Source: a virus. Taken from it: a DNA stretch of 64,000 nt. The notes beneath the pieces are model-generated. The model saw nothing but the letters and a program-made list of their open reading frames with translations, ran no database searches and was not told the origin of the DNA. The stretch covers positions 32,001-96,000 of the IMG/VR virus record IMGVR_UViG_3300027801_002517, one strand, 5' to 3'. This document shows, piece by piece, positions 10,398-19,670 of the stretch. Positions within the stretch are counted from its first letter, which is position 1. Every line of letters begins with the position of its first letter. The position numbers were made by a program, and so were the translations under genes.

Positions 10398-10733
10398 CTA
10401 TTCGTTCTTCTCAGTCTTTGGATTCCACTTGGTCCATCCACCATCAGGTAGCCAGTTACCCTCAACATCTTTACGACGTGGGAACAATCCACCACCCTTC
10501 TTGTGGGAACCAAATGCAAGTTTAGCACCACAATCCATACAACGAACTTCGTAATATAGGTTGTCGTCCACATTCCTCACTACAAATCGTACATTCTCTG
10601 ATCCGCATTTGCCACACTTGGTTTCTTCAAAAACCTCCTGAAACTTAGATAGATCTTCGAATACATTCTTTGCAGAATCACCTTCTAATTCTACTGTTAA
10701 TCTACCATTTCCCGTTGTGTAATTTACTCTCAT
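10398..10733 (-). CDS. Hypothetical protein with zinc ribbon
   Basis: CGKC...CMDC motifs. Confidence 0.6.
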   Translation of the reverse strand: MRVNYTTGNGRLTVELEGDSAKNVFEDLSKFQEVFEETKCGKCGSENVRFVVRNVDDNLYYEVRCMDCGAKLAFGSHKKGGGLFPRRKDVEGNWLPDGGWTKWNPKTEKNE

Positions 10734-11501
10734 TTAATTTCTCCAGTCACTGTTATAGCCAATAATAGACTTAGGGATTGACGATGCATCACGTTGGAAG
10801 GAATTTAACTTTTCGATAGCCGCACTGGCTTGTTTCTTAGTTACTTTTCTACTCACAGATACACTAAACACTTCTTTAAATAAATTGCTTGCATTAATGT
10901 CTAATTGCTTACATTTTACATTAATATGATTACTTTGTGGATCAGTCATTCTTGACGAATCTTGATATTCACCAGCGGTTGGTTCCTCAACCGTTTTTCC
11001 ACGACTAATACTACGTACTACTTGTGCAGTATCTTTCTTGGTTACCTCTTCAGCAGCCACAGCACGTAGTCTGAGAGCCTTCCTCAAAGCTCTGGCTTCT
11101 GCACGGGTTCCAGCCGTAGCGACTGAGAAGGCACAAAATGTATCGTCTGTGTTGCCCTCCCAGCAATCTGCTACATCACCAAAAGATTGTCCGTTCATAA
11201 ACTCGATTTTCCATACTACAGTAGCACGTCCATGAGAATGGTCATCTTTAGGTGGGAACACCTGTACAGGTCCACTACTTCTTACTGGTCCTAAAATTAA
11301 CTCTGCTACTCGTCGTAAGCCAGCAGATAATGGCATACCATCGATTAGCTCGTTAGATTCGAACAAACTGATCACATAATCATTCCATTCTGGAGATGTT
11401 ATATGTGGTGCATCTTCCAATACAATGTCCGTTACAGATGTATCAGTATTCATTGGTGAATCTAATGTAACACTATCAAATAAATCTCTTTCCTCATTCA
11501 T
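10734..11501 (-). CDS. Putative Rad52/Sak-like single-strand annealing protein
   Basis: ATAGTRAEARALRKAL helix after a beta-hairpin core, and a C-terminal MTDPQ...KKQASAAIEKL domain typical of phage SSAP tails. Confidence 0.5.
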   Translation of the reverse strand: MNEERDLFDSVTLDSPMNTDTSVTDIVLEDAPHITSPEWNDYVISLFESNELIDGMPLSAGLRRVAELILGPVRSSGPVQVFPPKDDHSHGRATVVWKIEFMNGQSFGDVADCWEGNTDDTFCAFSVATAGTRAEARALRKALRLRAVAAEEVTKKDTAQVVRSISRGKTVEEPTAGEYQDSSRMTDPQSNHINVKCKQLDINASNLFKEVFSVSVSRKVTKKQASAAIEKLNSFQRDASSIPKSIIGYNSDWRN

Positions 11502-12265
11502 AATTCAACCTCAATAAAGCGTTTAGATTTAGACGGAAAACTTTCCTTAATAGACTCTAAATGTTCAATAATATTATCAAGCAGTTTTTTAGTTCTACTT
11601 AACGATGCAGCATTTAATGCCTTAACTCTTATAACAACAAATCCTCTTGATAGCAATGTTCCATTTTTCTTTAGATCAAACTTTTCTTGTTTTCTTAAAT
11701 GATCATCTCCCCATATTGGTAAAAAATGTGATGGACCGTCTACCTCTATTATAGTCTTCAAATCAGGAATGTACATATCTATTTCTAATTTTTCCATAGG
11801 AATTAAATTTTCGTTATGGAAGTCTACTGAGTATCCTGCTGAAGATAATCCCTTCAAAATTTCTTTTTCAAGCTTTGACCCTTCTTTAGCTGTCCTACGA
11901 ATTGCATTAATGCCAGATGAGATCATTTTTTGTTTGTCTTCTTCTGATCTGGATTCCCATCTTTTTCGGGCTTCTTCTGCTCTTCTCTGTTTGACATCTA
12001 CATCCATATCATCCCAATAACCCTCCATGCTACTGCTGATTTTTAATTTTTCAGCTTCGGTTCTAATTTTCCCCTTTGTTGGGTGTGTAGACGTACCCTT
12101 TTCCAAAGAAACCTTTTGAGCTTCACTGGCATTTCTGGTTTCAATACCATTTTTTATTAATGTCCTTCGGATTTTATTGGGGTATGTCTGTAGCTTTTTT
12201 GCTATTTCGTGTGTACTGTGACCATCTTCATACATAGTGATGATTTTATTATCTATTTTGCTCAT
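11498..12265 (-). CDS. HTH + NUMOD3-like + Vsr/DUF559-type endonuclease (homing-endonuclease-like)
   Basis: STHEIAKKLQTYPNKIRR HTH; KGKIRTEAEKLKIS NUMOD3-like; EIDMYIP..IIEVDGPSH nuclease motif. Confidence 0.7.
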   Translation of the reverse strand: MSKIDNKIITMYEDGHSTHEIAKKLQTYPNKIRRTLIKNGIETRNASEAQKVSLEKGTSTHPTKGKIRTEAEKLKISSSMEGYWDDMDVDVKQRRAEEARKRWESRSEEDKQKMISSGINAIRRTAKEGSKLEKEILKGLSSAGYSVDFHNENLIPMEKLEIDMYIPDLKTIIEVDGPSHFLPIWGDDHLRKQEKFDLKKNGTLLSRGFVVIRVKALNAASLSRTKKLLDNIIEHLESIKESFPSKSKRFIEVEL

Positions 12266-12708
12266 GTTAACACCTCTAATAATTCTATAGCATCAATGTG
12301 CTCAAATTGGTGTACTGGTTTCTTACCAGTAATTCTGTAAAATTCCTTTGAATCCTCTTCGTCTTCGGTAATAACGTCTATAGTATTTGAAACTTCTAAA
12401 ACTTTTAGTATATCTTTATCATCCCATCTATTGTAGATATGGAAGAGTTTAAATTTGTTCACAATTTTATTGGCACTAAATGCATTATTCAGTGATGTTG
12501 TGAACAATGTTCCCGTGAAGTTCCACATATCCGCAGCGTTAAACATCCCAAAAGCTGGAATTAGAGGATTGTAATCAATATCATTATAGAACAGACTAGC
12601 ATCCTTTATTTTTCTACGTCGAATACTGCTATTGAGAGTTTTGAAAATATCTATGTTGCGATTTTCCGTATTTACTTTGTCTATATAAAAACCAATATTC
12701 TTAAGCAT
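12262..12708 (-). CDS. Hypothetical protein, possible glycosyltransferase-like fragment
   Basis: 148 aa ORF coupled to fcl. Confidence 0.45.
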   Translation of the reverse strand: MLKNIGFYIDKVNTENRNIDIFKTLNSSIRRRKIKDASLFYNDIDYNPLIPAFGMFNAADMWNFTGTLFTTSLNNAFSANKIVNKFKLFHIYNRWDDKDILKVLEVSNTIDVITEDEEDSKEFYRITGKKPVHQFEHIDAIELLEVLT

Positions 12709-13630
12709 TCTTATTCTCCATATACCAATTAATTGTTGTTTGTAAACCTTCTTTGAGTTCTACCTGAGCTTCGAATCCCAATCGTTCTTTAGCACGAGAT
12801 GTATCTAAACATCGACGCGGTTGACCGTCTGGCTTGGATGGGTCATAAATAATATCTCCTTTATATCCCATAATATTTGTAATCTCTTTTACAAGATCCT
12901 TGATTTTAATTTCCTTGCCAGTACCAATATTAATAGGCTCTGGACTTAAGTTATCACTATTGATGGCCTTGACAATTGCTTGTCCACAATCTTCAACAAA
13001 TAAGAATTCACGAGAAGCTTCACCAGTTCCCCATAAAGTAATTGATGGATCACCATTTTCTATTGCTTGATGAACTTTCAAGATAAGTGCGGGAATTACG
13101 TGACTAGAAGTCAGATTGAAATGGTCGTGAGGTCCGTACATATTTACTGGAATTAAATTAACACCATTAAAATCGTATTGCTCATGATATGCTTCCACCA
13201 GTCTCATAAGAGTCTTTTTGGCAATACCATAAGGTGCATTAGTTTCTTCTGGATAACCATTCCATAAATCTTCTTCCTTAAAAGGTACAGGTGTGAATTT
13301 GGGATATGCACAAACTGTTCCAAGTAAAATAAACTTAGGGACTTTTGCTTTCATCGCTGAATGAATTATGTTTGTACCCATGATTAGATTGTCATACATA
13401 AACTTTCCGGGATTTTCCTGATTTGCACCAATACCTCCCACACTTCCAGCAGTATGTATAATGACATCTGGAACACTTCTACTGATAACAGTATCAGTGC
13501 ATCTACATTTACGTAAATCATAAGGCTTACTGCCTATTGACCTAACTTGGCTACTGCCAAATGTTTCTTGTAAAATTTTGGTCAGGTTTGTTCCCAAAAA
13601 TCCCGTACCACCTGTTAGTAATATTCTCAC
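12701..13630 (-). CDS. fcl: GDP-L-fucose synthase / GDP-colitose synthase (Fcl/ColC family)
   Basis: TGGTGFLG, VGGIGAN, LGTVCAYPK, YGIAK, SHVIPAL, WGTG..SREFL, KPDGQPRR. Confidence 0.9.
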   Translation of the reverse strand: MRILLTGGTGFLGTNLTKILQETFGSSQVRSIGSKPYDLRKCRCTDTVISRSVPDVIIHTAGSVGGIGANQENPGKFMYDNLIMGTNIIHSAMKAKVPKFILLGTVCAYPKFTPVPFKEEDLWNGYPEETNAPYGIAKKTLMRLVEAYHEQYDFNGVNLIPVNMYGPHDHFNLTSSHVIPALILKVHQAIENGDPSITLWGTGEASREFLFVEDCGQAIVKAINSDNLSPEPINIGTGKEIKIKDLVKEITNIMGYKGDIIYDPSKPDGQPRRCLDTSRAKERLGFEAQVELKEGLQTTINWYMENKNA

Positions 13631-13653
13631 TAGTAATAATCTCCTCTAAAATA

Positions 13654-14358
13654 TTATAATCCCTTTGCTAACCAACCACCATCAACGTATATATCTTGTC
13701 CTGTTATATAGGAAGATGCGTCGGATGCAAGAAAAACAAAAGTACCAACCAGATCCTTGGGTGTTCCCCATCTATTTAGCATTGTTTTTTGAGATCTCTG
13801 CTTGTATGTTTTTTCGTCTTGCCAACTATTCTTTGTCATCTCTGTAATAAAGTATCCAGGTCCAACATTATTAACTCGAATACCATATTTACCTAAATCT
13901 AGTGCGGCTGATTTCGTTAGCTGCTTTAAAGCACCTTTAAATGCAACATAAGCAGGATTGTTTGGAAAGGCCAGTTCTGCATTTAGACTAGTGACATTAA
14001 TAATTGATCCTCCACCAGCACTTTGCATTTTAGGAGTAATGTATTGTATTAATTTATATGGAGCTTTTAAATTTACTTCATATGTTTGATTCCAAAATTT
14101 ATCAGGATAGTCCACGAAATCTGAAACATGTGTGACTCCTGCATTGTTAACTAAAATATCAATTGTATCAAATTTATCAAGATGTGTTTTCACTTGATCG
14201 TGATTTGTTATATCACACAGAATTGTATCATCACTTTCAATGATATCCAACCCGATAACATTAGCACCAAATTCTCTTAATCCATCTGCAATAGCTTTGC
14301 CGTTTCCTCTAGCGGCACCAGTGACAATAGCCACTTTATGTTCCAATGAAAATATCAT
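13654..14358 (-). CDS. SDR-family oxidoreductase
   Basis: TGAARGNG, NNAG, YVAFK, DGG. Confidence 0.9.
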   Translation of the reverse strand: MIFSLEHKVAIVTGAARGNGKAIADGLREFGANVIGLDIIESDDTILCDITNHDQVKTHLDKFDTIDILVNNAGVTHVSDFVDYPDKFWNQTYEVNLKAPYKLIQYITPKMQSAGGGSIINVTSLNAELAFPNNPAYVAFKGALKQLTKSAALDLGKYGIRVNNVGPGYFITEMTKNSWQDEKTYKQRSQKTMLNRWGTPKDLVGTFVFLASDASSYITGQDIYVDGGWLAKGL

Positions 14359-14786
14359 AGTTCTTCTACCAATTCGATTAGAGTTCCATCTGGGTCTTTA
14401 CAAAATGTAAGCATAACAGGAAAATCTGGAGATTTTTGTGGTTCGCATATAACAGTTACGTCATTTTCTAATAGCTTGTCATATAATTCCGAAAGGTTTT
14501 CTACAGTAACTGCGAAATGAGAACAACCAATATAGGTTATATCCTTATTTAATGTAATGACACCCTCGTGAGATTTATAATGTAATAACTCTACAAGCCC
14601 TCCATCATTATCTGTCATTTTAACAGTCCTGACATTCACTCCTTTTAGCCCAGAAAAGTTATCGATGTGCTGTCCAGACTCATCTGCTTCTACTATAATA
14701 GAGAATCCTAAAATGTTTGTATAAAAATGAATAGATTTTTCCAAATCTCCAACAGTTATTCCCACATGTCTAAATTTAACACTCAT
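14355..14786 (-). CDS. VOC/glyoxalase-family protein
   Basis: HVGITVGDLEKSIHFY, VELL, HFAVTV, DPDGTLIELVE. Confidence 0.9.
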   Translation of the reverse strand: MSVKFRHVGITVGDLEKSIHFYTNILGFSIIVEADESGQHIDNFSGLKGVNVRTVKMTDNDGGLVELLHYKSHEGVITLNKDITYIGCSHFAVTVENLSELYDKLLENDVTVICEPQKSPDFPVMLTFCKDPDGTLIELVEEL

Positions 14787-15493
14787 TTATTTTTCCTCGC
14801 AATTGAAAACAACATCGGTTCTTTTGAGAATCTAACTAATACATTAAACCAATGTGAAACTTCTAGTGGTGTGTCGTAATTTGGTTTGTATGGTATAGGC
14901 AACTTTCGGAATAATTTTATCAAAGGTTTCAGATAAGGGTATTTCCATAAAAAGGGTAACTGAAAAAAGTGTTCCACATAAATGTCTTCAAATCCTGCTA
15001 ATAACAGTGCTTCAGCAAGTGATTGTTTAGTCCAAGGTGTTACATGGGTATGATCACAATAGAATGGTCCCCAGTACGTATATTCCCATGCAGGTGTCAT
15101 CATTACAGCAGTGCCTCCTGGTTTTAAAGCCTCATAGGTCGCATTCATCAATCCCATAGGATTTTTCATATGTTCAATTACTGATTTAGTAAAAATCAAA
15201 TCATATTGCCCAGCATATTCTGGAGGTAAACTTTCAGATTCCAAATCAATTATTAAACTTTTGTGACCTTCAACCATATGAGTCATTAAATCAAATCCTG
15301 TGACATCAAATCCCATATCAGAGAAAACGTCTAAATATTCTCCTCTACCACATCCTAAGTCTAAAAACTTACCAGATGTCTTGCCTGTTCTTTTTACTAA
15401 TTCCTTTCCAAGTGCATATGGATATTGTGTTTTAGGAGTTTTTTTATCGGAATAAGTGATATCTAAATATTTTTCATTATTCATTATACTCAT
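14783..15493 (-). CDS. Class I SAM-dependent methyltransferase
   Basis: FLDLGCGRG, KSVIEH, LKPGG, DHTH. Confidence 0.9.
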   Translation of the reverse strand: MSIMNNEKYLDITYSDKKTPKTQYPYALGKELVKRTGKTSGKFLDLGCGRGEYLDVFSDMGFDVTGFDLMTHMVEGHKSLIIDLESESLPPEYAGQYDLIFTKSVIEHMKNPMGLMNATYEALKPGGTAVMMTPAWEYTYWGPFYCDHTHVTPWTKQSLAEALLLAGFEDIYVEHFFQLPFLWKYPYLKPLIKLFRKLPIPYKPNYDTPLEVSHWFNVLVRFSKEPMLFSIARKNK

Positions 15494-16743
15494 TGTAGCA
15501 CTCCTTCCAAGACATCAAATGCCTCATTTATTGCTTCTACTGTTATAGTGAGAGGTGGTCCTAGCTTGATAGATTTACTCCAAGTATTGACTGGAAATAT
15601 ACCATTGTTGAAACAAAACTCAACCACTTCATCTGCTGTTTGTTTATCTTTAAAGATTATACCTGCAACCATTCCTTTAACATTTACATAAGAAATGGAA
15701 TCATATTTTTCTAATGTTCTCAGTCTGTCTTCAAATACTTCCACTCTTTTAGACAAGTCTTCTTGAAATTGTTTGCTTGTTAAGTAGTTTAAATTAGCTA
15801 ATCCTGCTGCACAACACAAAGCATTGCCTGCATGAGTACTACTCAAGTTAGTATCGACATCAATAATTTCTTTAGTAGATAGAACAGCAGACATTGGCAA
15901 TGAAGAAGTTATAGCTTTACCCAAACAAATAATATCTGGTTCATAGTCACCATATGTCATATATCCGTACAGTTTTCCCATTCTATAAAATCCAGATTGA
16001 ATTTCATCAAAGCAAACCAATGCACCATTATCTCTAGCAAATTTGTATAAATTTTGCAGGTATGATTGTGGATACATTTGTGCGGTTGGTCCTTGATATG
16101 TTTCAATAAAGAATGCGGCAATTTGTTCTGGTGGTGGTAATAAACTTGCATCGAATGCCTCGTCTTTATCGTATGGAAAATCAATAAATATAATATCGTC
16201 ATCAACAAGATTGGACCACTTAGTGCTATCCTTGTTGCCACAGATTAGATCAGAGCCAACAGTCCTACCATGATAACTACCATTGAAACTGACAATATAT
16301 TTTTTGTCATTCTTTTTAGCCCATATCTTTATTAACCTATAGGCAGCATCAGTGGCTTCACTACCTGAATTTAATAGAACAACTTTTTCAAAATGGTCAG
16401 GCGAACAATCTAAAAGTTTTTCTGCAAATTGTTTTCTAATATGCGTATAGTACTGATATGAGTATACTAAATCATCATCCAATTGTTTCTTAATTGCATT
16501 ATTTATTTCAGAATTAGAGTGTCCTGCATTAGATACAAAAATACCCGAAGAAAAATCTATCCATTTGTTTCCATCTTCGTCAAAAATAGAAAAGTCTTTT
16601 GCTCTATTCCACCAGATAGGAGATTGAGGATTTATAGAAGTAGATTCATAGTTATACCTTATACTATCTCGTTCCTCATTATAAAGTTTAAAGTCATTTC
16701 TAATAATTCGATGTTTAGTTTCTATCAGATTTACACTCGGCAT
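15490..16743 (-). CDS. Class III PLP-dependent aminotransferase
   Basis: WIDFSSG, NSGSEA, SYHGRT, FDEIQSGFYRMG, LGKAIT, STHAGN. Confidence 0.9.
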   Translation of the reverse strand: MPSVNLIETKHRIIRNDFKLYNEERDSIRYNYESTSINPQSPIWWNRAKDFSIFDEDGNKWIDFSSGIFVSNAGHSNSEINNAIKKQLDDDLVYSYQYYTHIRKQFAEKLLDCSPDHFEKVVLLNSGSEATDAAYRLIKIWAKKNDKKYIVSFNGSYHGRTVGSDLICGNKDSTKWSNLVDDDIIFIDFPYDKDEAFDASLLPPPEQIAAFFIETYQGPTAQMYPQSYLQNLYKFARDNGALVCFDEIQSGFYRMGKLYGYMTYGDYEPDIICLGKAITSSLPMSAVLSTKEIIDVDTNLSSTHAGNALCCAAGLANLNYLTSKQFQEDLSKRVEVFEDRLRTLEKYDSISYVNVKGMVAGIIFKDKQTADEVVEFCFNNGIFPVNTWSKSIKLGPPLTITVEAINEAFDVLEGVLQ

Positions 16744-17459
16744 TTATTTAAGCTTTCTAGCAAAACATTTTCTTGGATTTCCAACTGATGAGTTAATAAA
16801 TCAAATTCATACTGGGCATCGACTTCAGTAATAAATTCTGATTCATATGGAAGGATTTTGGTTGAAAAGGCAGAATTGCCAGACTCTATAGTTTCCCTTT
16901 TAGTAATATCTAAATAACCATTAGGTTGATATGCTTTAGGAAATTTTTGTCTTGGTAAATTTGTATAATCTTTTATACCATCAAAATCCTCAAAGAATCC
17001 TTCGCAATATCCTTCTTCACCTAATTTAAAAACCTTATAGGGAGATTCTGGTAATTCATGCATTGACCTCAATGCACTCATTCGGTGCCTGTTATCAAAA
17101 TAAAACTCTATACAATTGTCTATGTTCTCTGGATTCCGCAAAGGCGTTGTTGGTCTGACATATGCAACATCATTAACATCGTATAACTGAAAAAAGTGAT
17201 TAATAACTTGCCAATCTGATGAGTTATCCTGAGCATATTCTTCTGGTCTCTTTAAAATCTCTGCCCCATAAGATTTGGCAACCTCTGCAATTTCATCGTC
17301 TTCTGTTGAGACAACAATTTTATCAATTAAAGAACTCATCTTACATGCTGTAATACTATAAGATATGAGAGGATGTCCTTGTAATAGTTTAATGTTTTTT
17401 CTTGGAACACCTTTACTACCACCTCTAGCGGGAATCAATGCAATCAATTTTTTAGACAT
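16731..17459 (-). CDS. neuA: Acylneuraminate cytidylyltransferase (CMP-nonulosonate synthetase)
   Basis: IPARGGSKGVPRKN, VSTEDDEI, RPTTPLR, RQ...NG. Confidence 0.9.
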   Translation of the reverse strand: MSKKLIALIPARGGSKGVPRKNIKLLQGHPLISYSITACKMSSLIDKIVVSTEDDEIAEVAKSYGAEILKRPEEYAQDNSSDWQVINHFFQLYDVNDVAYVRPTTPLRNPENIDNCIEFYFDNRHRMSALRSMHELPESPYKVFKLGEEGYCEGFFEDFDGIKDYTNLPRQKFPKAYQPNGYLDITKRETIESGNSAFSTKILPYESEFITEVDAQYEFDLLTHQLEIQENVLLESLNKCRV

Positions 17460-18273
17460 TTACTGTTTTCCTTAATTTCTTTGCGATTGGGATCTCTGAA
17501 TCATACACTACCTTCTTACCATCACCCAACATCAATTCAATTTTACGAATTGCCTTACATAGTGCGTCAGCATTCTCGATAGAAGCAGCTTGATCGGAAC
17601 CATAGTCTGCTCTATCGTGTGTAATATGGAACTCTATACATTCTGCACCTATTGCAGTTGCGGCAACACATGCGTCGTGACCATTATAGTGGTTGGAAAA
17701 TCCAACCTTACATGACGGATGTTGTTGCTTTAGAGTTTTAATGTGAAGAAGATTTAATTCTTCTGCTTTGGTAGGGTAGGTACTAGTACAAGCAAGAATA
17801 AATTCTATGTTATCTAAAATAGACATAGCAATATTTATTTCTTCCTCTGTACACATCCCAACCGATAAAATAATAGGCTTTCCTGTTTCGTTTAGCTTGT
17901 TCAAAAAATTAGTGTTTGTTACAAGTGCAGATGCCACTTTGTGATATTTCACATCAAGGCATTGTACATCATCTATACTTTTCACATCCCAACAGGAAAC
18001 AATAAAATCTAATCCCATATCTTCAGAATACTGTTTAAGACCTTTATATTGTTCAATAGAAAATTCTAATCCTTCTTTTTGATCTCTATTAGTATCTCCC
18101 CAAGGTGACTCTCTTGGTGTATCTAATTCTTCTTTAGTATAAACACTTTCAATATCTCTCTTTTGAAATTTTACAGCATCCGCCCCTGCTTGATATGCTT
18201 GTTTAATTAATCGTTTGGCCAGTTTAATACTTCCATTATGATTAATTCCAATTTCCGCAATGATATAAGTCAT
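17452..18273 (-). CDS. neuB: N-acetylneuraminate/nonulosonate synthase, short form without SAF domain
   Basis: IIAEIGINHNG, AVKFQKR, STYP, GFSNH, IEFHIT, GSDQAAS. Start moved to the SD-preceded MTYII at 18273. Confidence 0.9.
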   Translation of the reverse strand: MTYIIAEIGINHNGSIKLAKRLIKQAYQAGADAVKFQKRDIESVYTKEELDTPRESPWGDTNRDQKEGLEFSIEQYKGLKQYSEDMGLDFIVSCWDVKSIDDVQCLDVKYHKVASALVTNTNFLNKLNETGKPIILSVGMCTEEEINIAMSILDNIEFILACTSTYPTKAEELNLLHIKTLKQQHPSCKVGFSNHYNGHDACVAATAIGAECIEFHITHDRADYGSDQAASIENADALCKAIRKIELMLGDGKKVVYDSEIPIAKKLRKTVNV

Positions 18274-18295
18274 AACATTTCCTATTGTTTTTGGT

Positions 18296-18943
18296 TTATA
18301 AGACATAATTTGATTTTCCGCCATCGAAATTAATGGTTACACCCGTGAGATATTTAATGTCTTTATCTACAATAGAAGATATAAAATCACCTATTTCTTT
18401 TGTTGTACCAACTCGTTTAACTGGTATTCTATCCTCAAGTTTAGGAATATCCTTACACAAAGTTTTCAATCTATCTGTGTATATTGGACCCGGTGCAATG
18501 TTGATACAAGTAATTCCTCTATCACCTAAAATTTTGCTCAAGCATTTAAAAACACTAACAAATGCAATTCGGTACGCATTTGACAACATAAGTTTAGTAT
18601 CTGGCTCTTTAATGTTGTATGATGTTATCAGAAAAATATATCCGTTATCGTTTATTTGTGCCTCTTGGATAATTTTCAAAAACCCATAGAACAGTTGATT
18701 ATGGTATAAATCACAATCTTCTTTAGTAATTTCATGAAATGGTTTGGAGGGTGGACCACCAGTATTTAATACTAAAATGTCTATAGGATCTTGATCATTT
18801 AGAAAAGATTCTATTTGTTCTATATTAGATGTATTCAATTCTTTAGAAGAAGTTGCTTTAACATCACAACCTATAGATACTAAAGAATCTGTAATTCCTT
18901 TTCCTATGCCTCTACTACCAGCAGTAACTAATGCTTTTTTCAT
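18296..18943 (-). CDS. SDR-family oxidoreductase (atypical active site)
   Basis: TAGSRGIG, LNTGGPP, SNAYR in place of YxxxK, FDGG. Confidence 0.85.
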   Translation of the reverse strand: MKKALVTAGSRGIGKGITDSLVSIGCDVKATSSKELNTSNIEQIESFLNDQDPIDILVLNTGGPPSKPFHEITKEDCDLYHNQLFYGFLKIIQEAQINDNGYIFLITSYNIKEPDTKLMLSNAYRIAFVSVFKCLSKILGDRGITCINIAPGPIYTDRLKTLCKDIPKLEDRIPVKRVGTTKEIGDFISSIVDKDIKYLTGVTINFDGGKSNYVL

Positions 18944-19656
18944 TTTAAAACTCCATTGCCACAGGCACTCTTACATATGTTTATATTTTCAATTAGTTCC
19001 TCGACAGTATCTATACCTACTGCCCAAATATTATCTGGAAACTCTACATCTGAATTATCATCTTTAACATAAAAAAGCATATCGGTTGGATCGTAACAAG
19101 ACGCTAAAAGTAAATTGATTGGATTGTCACAATGACTGCCATATCCTACATGGTCCCAGTAATTTCTAAGAGTTTTTATAATAGATAAATTTGTTTCTTC
19201 TAATTCTACAGAATCTCGATTTGTATATATTAGCCTAATATCACCCTCAATATCAGATAACAACTCAGATAATTCTAATATATCTTTTTCAGAACACAAA
19301 CCCACGGAAACCAGAATGGGTTTTTTAGTTTTTGCTAATGTAGTAATGAGATTCTTATTAAAGACTCCATCTCGTATTACTTTATAAAAGTCTACCTGAA
19401 GTTCTTCAAAAAAATCAATTAGCTCTTCGTTTGTGATAGCAACACCAAAAAGTTTCCCTTCACTCTTAGTCATTCCATATAAATCATCATAATGACTCCA
19501 ATCAAAATATAGATGTGATTTTCGTTGTCTATGATCTTCTTCTCTGATTTGAAATGTCAATCCATCCAGCCCTTCAACAGAACATAAATTCCTGACATAC
19601 TTTTTTGCCAATTCATAGTCACCTAAATGATTTTGTCCAATCTCTGCAATTATCAT
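18940..19656 (-). CDS. Second, divergent NeuB-family synthase
   Basis: MIIAEIGQNHLG, KPILVSVG, GYGSH, PD; several NeuB motifs diverged (TFQ for KFQ, no EKH). Confidence 0.75.
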   Translation of the reverse strand: MIIAEIGQNHLGDYELAKKYVRNLCSVEGLDGLTFQIREEDHRQRKSHLYFDWSHYDDLYGMTKSEGKLFGVAITNEELIDFFEELQVDFYKVIRDGVFNKNLITTLAKTKKPILVSVGLCSEKDILELSELLSDIEGDIRLIYTNRDSVELEETNLSIIKTLRNYWDHVGYGSHCDNPINLLLASCYDPTDMLFYVKDDNSDVEFPDNIWAVGIDTVEELIENINICKSACGNGVLK

Positions 19657-19670
19657 AATACATTTCCTTA

